DNA from: the human T2T-CHM13v2.0 reference genome, Homo sapiens
Reading direction: 5' to 3' (one strand)
NCBI RefSeq assembly: GCF_009914755.1
Contig: NC_060939.1
DNA: 64,000 nucleotides
Shown: positions 1 to 13,374 of the stretch, piece after piece
Numbering within the stretch: position 1 is the stretch's first letter
Layout of the letters: each line of letters opens with the position of its first letter
Program-made: the position numbers and the translations under genes
The notes under the pieces: model-generated
Told to the model about the DNA's origin: nothing
Database searches by the model: none
What the model saw: only the letters and a program-made list of their open reading frames with translations

Positions 1-569
1 CATCACAAACTTTCTCATTTTAAGTGGAACTGACACTATGACCAAATAATTGGTCTTAATTGCAGGCTTGGTGTCAGATTTAATAAAACACTCAAACTGC
101 AAATCCGTTAAAGATACAGCTAGTTCCTCTCTTTCACAAGATAGAACTTTCATATCCTTTAGTACCTGATAACTGTTGCTTGTATTTTTCTTTAATATGA
201 TATTTCCTGCTTTTTAATAAAAGAGCTGTCATTTCTAATAAAAATTGAAAAAATCATCCAGGGAAATAACACAATCATTGGTATAATAAGCTGAAACATA
301 CCGCATAAACATTCATCTTCAAAAACTTCAAATAGAAGCTTGACCCTAAGCTGGACATTGTGCTGGGTTTGTAACTTACCATGGAAAGTGGGAAAAAGAG
401 TTGGAAAGAGTCCTCATCTCTGAGGTTCCTGAGGACCCCTTGTCTTCAGAAGGCCTCCCCCTTAACACGAATAGTGAATTTTTAAAATCTTAGCTGACTA
501 GAAGCTAAGCACCCTTTCTATTTTTGAAGAAATGGAAATGGGCTCCTTCTTTTGTGATCATAGGGTAGA

Positions 570-1028
570 GTGAATTTGCAATATTCTACACCTCCCTCAT
601 TAGAATTATATACATCCAGGCCCTTTGTCTTGTGACTTTGCAGTGCCTCCCATTACAGTGAGGAGAGTGTATTTCTCTACTCTACTGATGTTGGGATTGG
701 GCTCATGACTTGCTTTGGCCCATGGAATACAGGTGGAAGTGGTAGTATGCCAGTTTGGGGCCAGGGCCTCAAGAAGCATCATCATGTGTTTCAGCTTGTG
801 CTCTTGCACTAATGACATTGTACACGAGAAAAACATGCCCCTTATAGTCTCTGGCCCAAGGAGGATGAGAGACACGTGGAGCACACTTGATCCAGACCTG
901 TAGTCTGAAGCAGAGCTACCATAGCTCACCTGTAGTGAGACAGAAGAATAAATGCTTGTTGTTAAAAGCCCTTGAGTTTTGGGGTGGTTTGATATGCTGC
1001 ATTATTGTGGCAATAGCTGACTGTTACA
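570..1028 (+). mobile_element. MaLR LTR, MLT1I-like
   Basis: MLT1-type text 'catgacttgctttggcc', AATAAA, and 3' end 'gcaatagctgactgttaca'. Confidence 0.75.
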
Positions 1029-1044
1029 GATATCTAGCAAGACA

Positions 1045-1432
1045 TAAGGTGGGCCTATGACCTAATTGTGGCCAATCAACTATTTCTGATTGAATCCTTA
1101 GAACTTGAAGGAGAGGGGGCCAGAGAGCCATTATTCCTAGTGGCTGTGACCAAGTTAGAGTCAAGGAGCATGGTACTGTTTAGGGGTAGCAAAGCCCTGC
1201 AGAGACATGGTTGATGGCTAGAGTCAACAGTGCTAGTGCTGGATCCTGAGCAGATTGTTCTTAGGGTAGGGTCTTCATTATGTTTCACTGCACTTAGTGT
1301 CCACTCACACCTTGTTTGCCGGGCTTTCTGTGATTCTTTGAGTTGCTCAATATCCTTTGGGTAAATTCCTTTTCTTCTTATGTTTACCAGTGATACCTTT
1401 CTTATTTGCAACCAAGAACCCTGACTAGTACA
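1045..1432 (+). mobile_element. Old MaLR LTR (MLT1L/M/N-type)
   Basis: 3' end 'ttgcaaccaagaaccctgactagtaca'; 'tgacctaattgtggccaatc' near the start. Confidence 0.55.
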
Positions 1433-1554
1433 CCATGAATTGGGAAGCAACTTGGTTCTCTCATGATTATATCCCCTTTGCATAGCCACATAATACATGT
1501 AACACAGTCTTAGATTATCTCATGTAATCTTTCTAACACACCTATCCCTGGTAA

Positions 1555-1770
1555 AGCAGGGTGGTTCAGAGCTGGCATCTCACACTACAGGACTTGCTGT
1601 CTCTGCAAATTATCATCTTGTTGGGCAAATCACTTAACCTCCCTGTGCCTTAGTTTCCTCTTATCAAATTAGGGATAAAACAATACATACTATAAACAGT
1701 TTGTGTGCAGCTGAAAGGCATTTAAAATAATACCCATTCCATAAGTTCTCAATAAGTATTAACTGTATTA
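1555..1770 (+). mobile_element. MIR SINE
   Basis: Core 'ttgggcaaatcacttaacctccctgtgccttagtttcctc'. Confidence 0.8.
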
Positions 1771-1778
1771 GCAGTAGA

Positions 1779-1823
1779 GATGATAATGATGAGATGATGA
1801 GATAATGAAGGTGATGATGATGA
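1779..1823 (+). repeat. Degenerate (GAT)n microsatellite
   Basis: gatgataatgatgagatgatgagataatgaaggtgatgatgatga. Confidence 0.8.
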
Positions 1824-3259
1824 CAATTGCTGTCATCTGTGATAGCAATGATTTGTGATGCTTGTTCTAACTCACACAGATGTAAGTGGTCTAGAGCTGG
1901 GATCTACCGTCTTCTCCCAGCTTTCCACCATTTCAAAGCTTTTTATGCATTAATATAATATAGTGGTTCTGAATCTTTTGTCCTGCCTAGCTCACGTGTC
2001 TACAGCACTCTCATGGCCATGCCCAGATTTTGAAAATGCTCTTTTTATGCCATGTGATAGGCGTTCAAACTAATGTTCCTTTTGGTAAGCGTAAAAAGCT
2101 CAAACCTCACCTCTTTTCCTAACATTGTATTCAGATTCCTCTATTCCCCACCCCCATGTTCTCATCTGAGAATTCATGCTGAGCACTTTACTGCTTCTGA
2201 GGGAATTTGTATTTTGTGTGTTACACTTCTTAGGGGTTGGGGTGGGGAGAAGACTGAGAATGATTATTAGATAATCTAGTTGGAACTACAGGGTAGTGTT
2301 TTAACGATGGTAGTAGAAGTGTGTCCTGAGAGAGGACATTGGAAGATGTGCTTGGAACCAGGGGGCAGCAGAGGGAAGCTCTGGGTGAGGCACCAGCATT
2401 TCAGGATGAAGGAGTCCAGAGAAATCCTCACTGCTCCAACATTTTACCTAAGATCTGCCCTGGCAACTGTTTGAGAATGCTGCTGGCACCAAGAAGATTA
2501 TCGTATGTTTGAGTCTCAGCCCTAAACTCAGGTGTGTGGAATGTCAGTTACTCTATAACCTATAATCTAGAGCCGCTTTTCCTCTGATGGTTTTTTAGTA
2601 TTTGGCTGTTCTGAAGATTCCTCCTCTAACCCTGCCCCCTTTGGCTTCTGCCTCATGGGCCTGGGTCAAGATTCCAGGTATTATTACTATGTCTTTGTCC
2701 TGATGGTCCTTTTGGGTGCTGGACTCTGTTACTTCCTGAATATGCTGGGGCTCTGGAAATCTTTGCTGAGTTCTGGGCCCTATGCCTCGGGTGCCACACT
2801 CCCTGCAGCATTTCTCTCAGTGTCTTGCTTCTTTCTTGGCTCCAGTGCCAAAAAGTGGTATCTAGATCCCTGTTGATTGGGAACACAGCCCTCTCTTTCC
2901 ACTCCTATTGCATCTCAGAGTCCTTTTCTAGTCGGGGGAAGGGGAGGGTATTCTTGCATGTTTCTGCTGTCTTTTGTCTCCGCTGCCCCTCTCTAAGACT
3001 CCTTCTCTGCTCCTCTACTTTTCTTCCTGCTTCCTCTGGAAACCCATGGAGTTCTCCAGGGCTAGTTTTATTTTTTTGAATAACATACCTTTTCTGGGGC
3101 CATGAGCAGGGAGCTCTACTACTGCTTGAATAAAGGGCAGAGTAAATATGGGGAATTCTTTATACCCATTGGTTAGTTATTTCTAGCCACATGAGTGAAA
3201 CTAAACATGACCCTCTGCAGATTAGTGGAAATCAGCTGTTATCACCACCAGTCAGTTCC

Positions 3260-3385
3260 CAGACAAGTCAATTTGCTCTTCTGTGCCTCAGTTTCCTCAT
3301 TTGCAGATAGTATTTCTGCCACTCTTTAAGCTTAAGGCATTGTTATGAGGATGAATAGATTAAGAGATATAAAAATTCTTTGAGA
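3260..3385 (+). mobile_element. MIR fragment
   Basis: 'ctgtgcctcagtttcctcatttgcag...ttgttatgaggatgaatag'. Confidence 0.7.
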
Positions 3386-4141
3386 AAGATTAAAAAACTC
3401 CTACTACAGATATCTGGAATTAGTAAATGACAGCCTCAGGACTCAGATGAATGCTGGAATATTTTGTGTTGACTGTGGTATTTCAATTTTGAATTTGTGG
3501 AAAAATATAATCACTGAGGAGATGGCAAGGGAAGTGAAGAATGAAAACGAAACCTCATATAAAAAGATAATAATGATGGTTCTTATCTCGACATCACCTC
3601 CAAACAGCCCGTTTTCCTCCCATCAAACAATTGATGGGCAATAAGATTGTGCTTATTTGCAGTTAAAGTGATGGCGATGTTGACAATTAAGTGTACATGC
3701 GGAACCAAATAATGGAGCAGTCCCATTTTATCACCAGTGCTAGCCATTTTCTCCACAGGGCACAAAGAGCATGTGGGACAGCCCTGTGCTCTGTATGATC
3801 TGCATGTGAAACGCGTCCTCTCTCCAGCAGGGACGTGACTTGGTGGGGTCAGGAGTTTGCATTGAGACACAGTGGGTCTGCTGGACACTGAAGAGTCCCT
3901 CATGGTTAACTGCTCTGCACTTGGCCTCATTCCTTTCCTCTTCATTTCTTGGATTTGCTGAAGAAGTGTCTGACAGGCAAGAGTCCTTTCCTGCAGCTGT
4001 TATCCTCAGACTGAGGAAGTTTTTCACATTCACAACCACTTGGTTCAGGGATTTTTCAACCAACGACCTCGAGACTGCAGCCCTTCAGTTTACGGACTAA
4101 TAATGGCCACAAATGCAGCAACAATAGGGTAGAGAAAGCAC

Positions 4142-4841
4142 TGCAGATGCTAATGATGCCCCGTCCCTATCCCCTCAGTTTAACTGGGCTCATTGATAGC
4201 TGTGAGAGACAGCTGCCAGCATGCTGACAGCTTTCTACCTATACGCACCTGTTTCTCCTTTGATCTGCCTTAAAGGGTGCTTTGGCACTGCTCACACTTG
4301 TTTTGCCACTGCAGGCCAACCTGGGAATGCATGTGTTTGAGTTAATATTCTCAAACAGCGGATAATCTCAGTAGGGGGTGGGTCAGTGGCTAAGTGCCCA
4401 GCCTCCAATCTTTTAGTGAAGCAGTTCTCAAAAGTGTGGCCCCTCGACAACAGTATCAGCCTCACCTGGAAACTTGTTAGAAATGCATGTCTCCCCCACC
4501 CCCACCTCTTGACAGGGAAACCCTAATGATGGGGCTCAGCAATCTGTGTTTTCACAAGCCCTTCGGGTGATTCTGCTGCACACTCAAGTTTTCCAGCTAC
4601 TGCTCTAGGGGGATGATTCTGAGCTGGCTTCTGCACATTTTCTCATGGTCTCTGGGGGTTTGAGCCTCAGTTGCTCATAGTGGTTACTGGGCCACTAGCA
4701 TACCTTCTATTTACTTTTCTCCCTTCTCTGTCTCACTTTCCCCACTTCCTCAGTGGTACTTCTAAGGACCATGTCCCAAATAAACTACTGCATCCAAACC
4801 CTTTCCTCAGGGTCTGCTTTAGGGACATTACAAGCTCAGAT
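4142..4841 (+). mobile_element. ERVL LTR16-family solo LTR interrupted by MER5A
   Basis: 3' end 'cccaaataaactactgcatccaaaccctttcctcagggtctgcttt'. Confidence 0.7.
4419..4602 (+). mobile_element. MER5A (hAT-Charlie MITE)
   Basis: 'cacctggaaacttgttagaaatgc...aatctgtgttttcacaagccc'; degraded 8-bp TSD ttttagtg/ctctaggg. Confidence 0.8.
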
Positions 4842-4864
4842 AGAAAACCACAATCTGGAAGGTC

Positions 4865-5350
4865 TACCATGTGTAGGTGCTTAACACAAATAATCTCATT
4901 TAATCCTCACGGATGAGGAAACTAAGCTCCAGTAAGATTAGTTAGGCTGTCCAAGGTCACCACTTTTAAATTTAGAGTCAACTTTTAAATCCGTGTTATA
5001 CTGACTGTAAAGTCCCCACGCATTGACAGCTGCAAAGACAAACAACTCATAAATATATACTGGTCAGGAGCATGAGTTTTGGAGTCAAATTTGTGTGTAT
5101 GTGAAAATCAGTTCTACCACTTCCAAATTATGTAACCTTGGGCAATTTTCTTTACCACTCTGAACTTTAGTTTTTTTTTCTGTGCAATAATAGTCATGGC
5201 CACCTCACAGTAGCACCAGCACTCACCATGGTATTCATAGCATAGCATCATGTCCATGGGACATAGCTAAATGCCCTTTCATTTGATCTAAACATCAACA
5301 CCTAGAGATAGGTGTCATTTTCACCCTTGTTTTAAAGAGAAGGAAAAGGA
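4865..5350. mobile_element. Cluster of MIR fragments in both orientations
   Basis: 'ctcatttaatcctcac...gatgaggaaact' (-) and 'gtaaccttgggcaat' (+). Confidence 0.6.
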
Positions 5351-5574
5351 GTAGCCCACATTGCTCTCCCAACTCTCTCCTGGCAGGTTCCTGAAGACCT
5401 TCAGATGATTCTTGCTTAGTACAAATGTTAATGTATAGTCATACTTTTAGATTTCATCAGGAATATTCTGGTGAGATGAGTGTTGTTTTCTTGCTAAAAG
5501 GAGAAAAGTGGGTACTTAGGAGCATCGTGTGATCTTAGCAGGCAGCTAGGCAGGAGCATCAGGACTGCCCTCGA

Positions 5575-5599
5575 CAGGTGACTCAGCACTGCTGTTTAC
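5575..5599 (+). promoter_or_regulatory. Candidate NRF2/NF-E2 ARE (AP-1 core) with adjacent FOX site
   Basis: GTGACTCAGCA at 5578-5588; TGTTTAC at 5593-5599; motif match only. Confidence 0.4.
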
Positions 5600-6324
5600 A
5601 CCAGTAGACTCCTGAGCCCCGGCCACAGAGACAGGAGCTTGGAGCCGGAAGGGATCTTCATAATCATATATTGTAATTGCCCAGTATTATGGATGAGAAG
5701 GAAGATGCAGAGGAGTTAAGGACCCTATCCAATGGGACTCTGAGCAAACTGCAGCATCACAAAGGGGAAGGCAGACCCAGGTAGGCATCTGGGCTCTATT
5801 TCTTGGCCTGTGTCTAGGGGATGTGACGTGCTTCTGCTGTGTTAGTAAGTTATTAAAATCCCAACACAACACACAGCATACCATCAATGTGGCAAAACTA
5901 CTTTCATTACCTTCATTCTCACTTCTAAATCCCAATAAACAACTCTTAGAATTCAAGATTGCCAAAGGCCCCACCAGTCTGAGCCTCAGTGTCCCTGGTA
6001 TAAACAAAACATCCCAGTAGCAATTCCTTTCCTAGGTCCCCTGAAGTTCTTTGTCTGAAGAGCCAATGAAACTTGTGTTTTCTGGCTACTTTTTCACAGC
6101 CACTCAGACCCTGGCTAAATTCTCCAGAATTGCCCCAAATTGGAGAGAAGAAAGTTGCCTAAAGCCCAGCAGGGTCCTGTCTCTCAATTTTATGGCCCAA
6201 GACTTTTAAGAGAGTATCCAATGTCCATCTCTGTCTGATTGGGTGTCTGGTTCCCAGAACTGCCACATTGCACATTGATGGGTGACTCTGGAGATGTACT
6301 GGCAGCGGTCATGCTGGTTCTCAG

Positions 6325-6863
6325 TGTAGGAGACAGAAAGACTTTCTCTCGACCCTCTGAAGGTTTGGAAATTGAGTCTATGAAAACTGACAGCTAGACT
6401 GATTAACAGGAGAAAAGTCATACAAATTTATTACATGCATGGACTCATTACAGGAAAGAAAAGTGACTCCTCAATAACCCAATGAAATTTAGAAGCTTGT
6501 GTACCCTTTTTATAGGGAAGAGGGGAGCAGGAATGTAAGCAACTTACGGGAGAGTAAATAATTTTGGGGAGAAAATACATGGGCCCAAAGAACAGGTGAT
6601 AGCCTGTGAAAAAGTCCACCTGGGTGTGCTGTTAGCCTCCAGTCATCTTTCCTGTGATATGAGTCAGTCTCCCCTGGATGATGACATTTTTGTGGAAGGG
6701 ATCCAGGACCACTGAATTCTTTCTGAAAAATTCAGTCTCAAGGAAGATAGGGAAGTTCAGAGAAAGCCTCCTCCTATATTTGCTGTTCCTAAAGTGCCCT
6801 CGCTTTGAGGTAATTAGCATAGTAAAGCAGCACATTTTGGGGTACATTATCTGAGCCCCAGCA
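6325..6863 (-). mobile_element. ERV1 solo LTR, MER34/MER39 group
   Basis: Reverse strand starts 'tgctggggctcagataatgtaccccaaaat' and ends '...tcctaca' (TG...CA). Confidence 0.7.
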
Positions 6864-7226
6864 ATGACAAAGACTGAGCACGTATCCCTCCTCTTTGAGG
6901 CAGGCAGGATCACAGGAAGAGAGGTACCAGCTGCTACAGAAAACAACAGAGCCCCAACCCACCCTTGCCCATGCAAAGTCCTGCTGCTCATGCTTAATCC
7001 AACCCAGTTACCATCCTCACTCCCTTTTGGGCCTTGAGCAATAAGAAAGCTTCCCAAATGTTCCCAGGGCCAGGTTTACTTCTGTTGGGGTGTCAAAGCG
7101 TAATTAATTTGTTCTAGAGTAGTGTATAAGTTGGGACTATAGTGCTGGAATTATTAATTTAGTTATATGTTATATAACATTACAAATTATACTGAAAATG
7201 TACAGACTGTTAAAACATTTTATCTA

Positions 7227-7506
<280 letters not shown>

Positions 7507-7744
7507 CCATTTTATCTATATTTAAACAAAGCCAATGCCATTTGAATATATCCTACCAACAGAGAATAAAAATCATATTTCTATATAGGAATAAATATAC
7601 ATCAAATATTATATATACCATCAGAAATCCTATCAGAGAGAGAACTAAGGAGCTGCAAGGATGCATTTTAAGATAGCCAGTAAAGAGGTGGGGCGGATCA
7701 CAGCATAAAATATTATTGAATACAAAGGAAATAAGAGCCATTTA

Positions 7745-7870
7745 TGGCTTCACCATTTATAAATTTGACCAACCCTTTTTGAATCCATTTCTATTTCCTG
7801 CCTGCACCTTCTCCTGTGGGTAATGAATTCTACAAATTTATTACCTGCTGTGAGAAATAATACTCCCATC
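7745..7870 (-). mobile_element. CR1/L3-type LINE 3' fragment
   Basis: 'ccctttttgaatccattt...gggtaatgaattctacaaatttattacctgctgtgagaaataatactcc'. Confidence 0.5.
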
Positions 7871-8910
7871 AGGTGCACTGGAAAACCAGCTTTTCCAGCC
7901 GGGGAAGGTGACTGAACTTGCTGCCACTTATTTCCGCTTATTAAGTGTGGCAGGGCCATTTGTGAGGTGGAGGAATTTTTTGACAAATTGTGTCATTGTG
8001 ATGCATCATTTTCATAAATTATGTTATTATGCAGATTTAGGAAGCATGAGCAATTGGTATAATTTTATCTTATGAACATTGAATTGTATTTCCACCTTTG
8101 AAATGACTGCTAGAGAGTGTAGAGCAAAATTGATGGCACCCGTAGCTTGTGAGTAAGACTTCACAGTGTGCACTTTTGTGTTAGTCTCACTTCTGACCTT
8201 TGTGTTTTTCTTTGGTTTTTCTTTTCTCATCTACTTTGAATTTATATTATCTTGCTATATTGTATAAATATTTCTGAGATGCGATAAACCCTTTTGAACA
8301 TGAGAAGAGAAATTAACAAAGGTGAAACAGAGAGATGCAGACAGACACACAGAGATGGAGGGAGACAGAAATATGGAGAAGAGACTAGTAACAGAGGGAA
8401 GGAGAGAGAGAGACAGGGATGGAGAGGAATCCAGGAGAGGAGATGGGAACAACACAGTGATTTCCTTGTGGGGCTTATGGAATTCCTATTATTATTAACT
8501 TCATAAGCCTCATAAATATAACATTCTTGTTGATTATTCCAAAGTTTTGAGTTTCAGTATATTGATCTCTGAATAATGCCCAGCAAGCCATAAAATACAT
8601 TAATTACTCAGCCAAACAAGAAAGCCCATCAATAGTCCTGTACAAGCAGAATACGTGCCCCATATTCTACTGTATTAAAAAAAATTAAGTCAGACTAACT
8701 TAGGTCCTAATTTTGTTTTTTAAATGTAGCTCTGGCAAATGACATCCTGCTTGAGGCTAACCTTCACAAAAAACAGTTCTGGTAATAAAAGGATCATGGA
8801 CAGATAAGACGCTGGGCAGGAGAGCTTTTTTGATGACTTTTTTTTTTTTTTTTTTAACCATTTCACTCTCCTTTCCCCCTCCTCTTGTTGCTTATTAAAT
8901 TTTTTTTCTG

Positions 8911-9272
<362 letters not shown>

Positions 9273-9432
9273 TTAAGACTCCAACGCAGGCCACCTCCCC
9301 TTGAGTACCCTAAGAAGCTCAATTCTATTCACTTTTTATGCAGAGCAAGTTGGCTTTCTGCACCGTACTAGACCCTAGTCCTTTGTGCCCACGTATTCAA
9401 AGATTCATCAGTGTGCTACAAAGCTCATCTTA

Positions 9433-9930
9433 ATGGTTATGATTCTTGGTTGTAAATAATAGAAGATGATTCTGGCTAATCTAAGCAGAAAAAAACTTAC
9501 TGAAAGGCCATAGTAACTCTCAGAATCAAAGGAGAGGCTGTTGAACTGTGCTCAGAAAGTAAGCAGGAGCTAAGGGAAGTCAGCAGCCAAGAACACAAGA
9601 ATGGTCCAGTTGGGATGTTCCTGTGGGCACCGCTGGAGATGGACACTTGCTGCTGGTGGCGCTGCTGTCACCATATACATCGTGACAGCCACCGCATCTT
9701 TGATTTCATTACTGCAAATTGTCTGTCTGAATCTCAAAGGAATGATGCAAAAACCAAACTGGACTGGCCTAGCCTGGGTCCTGTGACTCTTCTGCAGCAG
9801 GTAGAGAGTGGGGACAGGGGACAATTTCTCTTCCACCACTGTATGTCCTGCCTCCTACGAAGAACCATACCATGGGGAGGGATTTCCCCCAATCTAGAAG
9901 GAGATATGAATGCTGGGGAGACAAAAAGAG
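9433..9930 (-). mobile_element. MaLR LTR (MLT1K/L-like)
   Basis: 'gattcttggttgtaaataatagaa...tctggctaatctaagcagaaaa'. Confidence 0.6.
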
Positions 9931-9999
9931 GGGAGAATGCTCTGTGGAGGCTTCTGCTTTGGGCCTTACTGTTTAGCATCACATGCGGTCCTGCAGGGT

Positions 10000-10150
10000 T
10001 TGGAAATTACTCTGAAGGAGGTCAGAAGTCATTGGAAGGTTTAGAGGAGATGGGGGCATAATCCAACTTATGTTTAATAGAATTACCTGCATTCTGTGTT
10101 AAGAAGAGATTTGCAGGGACACGGGCAAAAGCAGGAGGCCAGCTGGGCCT
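10000..10150 (-). mobile_element. L2 fragment
   Basis: 'gaagtcattggaaggtttagagg...atccaacttatgtttaatagaattacc'. Confidence 0.5.
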
Positions 10151-10194
10151 TTCTTCAAAACTTTTGGGGGAAGAGTACATTCTGTTGGGATTTC

Positions 10195-10494
<300 letters not shown>

Positions 10495-12321
10495 TGATAT
10501 TTTTCTTGGCCTATGGAAATGATGTGCCACATTTAAAAATAACCATTCTGAATCTGCTTTCATTTGGATTTTGTGATTTCCCCGAAGGATTTGGCCATTT
10601 TCCAGTCTGGCCCTAGGAGTCAGTGTTTTAGATAATCAGATAGGCTCACCATCTTGGATACTGAACAAATGGGTAAAATAGATCCTTGGACACCAACTCA
10701 GCCAGCCCAGAAAGAGATCATCCTCTACACATAAACATGAAGGACGACCATTTTGGAGACATGCAGCTTTCACCCCAACTTTCATGCTTATAAGCTCAGT
10801 ATATGGAATTCCTAGCTCAGCAGTGGAGTTGAGGGCCGCCTCTTTCAGACATTTTTAATCAGCCAAATTACTTGTGAATTATTGTTTGATTACCATTTTA
10901 CTCAAAGTGTTTTATTTAATGCTTTTAACCTTGAGTCCCTTGGCTGGCTTCCCATCTGCTAGTTTTCTTCCATGCATTGACCAATTAAGAATTAACCTGA
11001 CTTCTCACAAAATCTATCCTACCTCCCAAGCTTGGCTCTGCTTATTCTCTTCACTGTATCATGCTTTCCATTTTCTGAATGTGCTTGTTCTCTGGATGGT
11101 TAGAATTTCACATTAGTTTAGTGTTTTATGTTCCCTAAGTTTTTATATGCAACAAATGTTAATTCCCTTGAGCTTTTGTCTTGAAAGCCATCCTGAGAGA
11201 AGTGGCCTTTAAGTTTGGGTGGCTTCTTTTATTTTCCTTTATTTCCCTCTGACTATAGCTCTCTTCCACTTTCTTTAAGACATGAGTTACTTTCTTAGTT
11301 GGCACAATTCTACATGTACTTTAATTTTAGTTGGGATGAAATAAATGGATTTTGGGAGTGGATAGGGGAAGAAGTTTATTAGTTGTTTGATAAATATACG
11401 TTGACATGATTTTTTTTTTTTTTGTACTTGAAGTGTTTTGGTAATACTTTTCTTAGATGGAACCTACTTTTTCATGACGAGAGATTATGAGAGAGAAAAC
11501 TTCATTGGTTGAGAGCAGAGAAAAGACGATACCAAAACATGCCTTTAAAATCTATTCTGTGTGTGGACCTGTGCCAGGAAATAGTGTAATACAAGACTAT
11601 AAGCAGGCCACATTTTGCCAAAGTAAGTTTTTAAAAATTCTCGTGAAGAAAATTTTATTTCCCTTTGGGGCTACATTCTTGACTAAGAGTGTAACATTAA
11701 AAAATCATGTATATAATCATCAATATTTATAAAAGAAAATTATTATAAAATTAATTATGTAAAATAAAAATTTTCCAATTTCTATATAATATTTTAATAT
11801 AGTATATATATTTAGTACAAAAAGGCTTATATAATACAAGACATTTATAACCTGTAAAATATAAATCTATTGCTTTATAAATAACCCAAAGTATATAACT
11901 TAATTCTTGCATGATTATTGAAGCTAATGCCTATTTTGTTTGCTTTCTTATTATTTAGAATATTTGTAAAAATAATTTTAATGACTCAAAAACAAGAGCT
12001 GAGATATGTATCAGGAGAAAAGAAGATATTTGTGCTTCCATCCTGGAACAAAGTCATTTCTACCAAATCCAGAGCTAGACTACATTGCAGACACTGAGTA
12101 AATCATTGCTTTGTGTTGTAGACAATAGTGATGGTCTGTCTTTCACGGAACACCATGTTTACAAACAAAAACATCTCTCTCTTTCAGGTTATAGTAAGAC
12201 AGGTTAATTCACATTCTCTTAACTTTTAATGCTCCAGCCAGCTCTGCCTTATTGCAAAGACCACTGCATCTTCTCTGTAGAGAACACTAGACCTAGACCA
12301 TTTATTTATTATATCTCCACC

Positions 12322-12340
12322 ACCACCCCCTAGTGGCAGT
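12322..12340 (-). promoter_or_regulatory. Candidate CTCF site
   Basis: Reverse strand reads CTGCCACTAGGGGGTGG. Confidence 0.55.
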
Positions 12341-12885
12341 CACCCTCATCTCTATCCTGGATGACTGCGATAGTCTCCTAATTTTCTTCTTGTTTCTACT
12401 CTTGTTTACCTTCAATCTATTAGCATAATCTTAAAACATGTAGATTAGATGTCACTCTCAGGTTTAAAATTTTCCAATGGCTTTTCACTGAACATAGAAT
12501 GAACTCCAAACTTTCTCTTGCAGTCATCAACCCTGCACAATCTGGTCTTCCTTTTTTCCTGTGCCATCTGCCCCTTGTTCAGTCTGCTCAGCTCTCTGAC
12601 CCTTTCTTACTGTTAGGGCTCACCAAGCTCTCTTTTTTGTCTTGGGAACTCTGCACTTGCTGCTCCTTCTGACCCTCTGCAAGGAATTTTCTTCTCCCAG
12701 CTATTGCTGTGGCTGGCTCCTTCTCGAACTTAAGGTCTCAACTTAAATTACCTCCTTGGAGAGTCTTCTCTGGCTCTGCCTAAAACGACCTGCTCTCACC
12801 ATTCCTGTTATTCTCTGTGACACATATTATAATCAGTAATTATTTTTCCTATTTGTCTATTTTGTTTTTTATCTACCATTAGGCT

Positions 12886-13132
12886 ATAATAATACCAGCT
12901 AACTTTTATAGAGTACTTGCTATGTGCCAGGCAATGGTGTTTAACATGATTTAACTTGTTCGTCCTAACAACACTATAAATTAGGTATTCTATTATCACC
13001 ATTTTACAGATGGGAAAACCGAGGCATAGAGAGGTAAAGTATCTTGCTCAAGGTCACACAGCTAGAAAGTGACAAAGCCAGGGGTAAACCCAAGTGGCCT
13101 GGCTCCAGCACTCGGTCTCTCACCTTTATGCT
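12886..13132 (-). mobile_element. MIRb, near full length
   Basis: 'ccattttacagatgggaaaaccgaggcatagagaggtaaagtatcttgctcaaggtcacacagctag'. Confidence 0.9.
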
Positions 13133-13374
13133 CTGTGGCCTCCATGATGGCATGTCTGCCTTGCTTACTATTATGTGCCCTGTGCCAGCACAGTGTGTGA
13201 GGCAGGGTGTGGCAGGGACAGTTTTCCGGCTTAATATAGGTGAAAATCAGCCGTATCCAATGAACCCCTGGGCAGGGAGTGGTGGGGCACTGAACACTAA
13301 TGCAGAAGGAGAGAGGATCCAGGCAGATCAGCTTCCTCTGTCAAGAATACCATCGTTGTTGGAAAGGAAAAGTG

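Larger units (their letters stand above)
12300..13230 (+). mobile_element. L2 3' region interrupted by MIR
   Basis: 'catctctatcctggatgactgcgatagtctcctaa...aggtctcaacttaaattacctcc'. Confidence 0.75.

Noticed and set aside
82-242. Three AATAAA hexamers suggesting a gene 3' end
   Set aside because: AT-rich context, no clear GU-rich downstream element and no recognisable upstream exon
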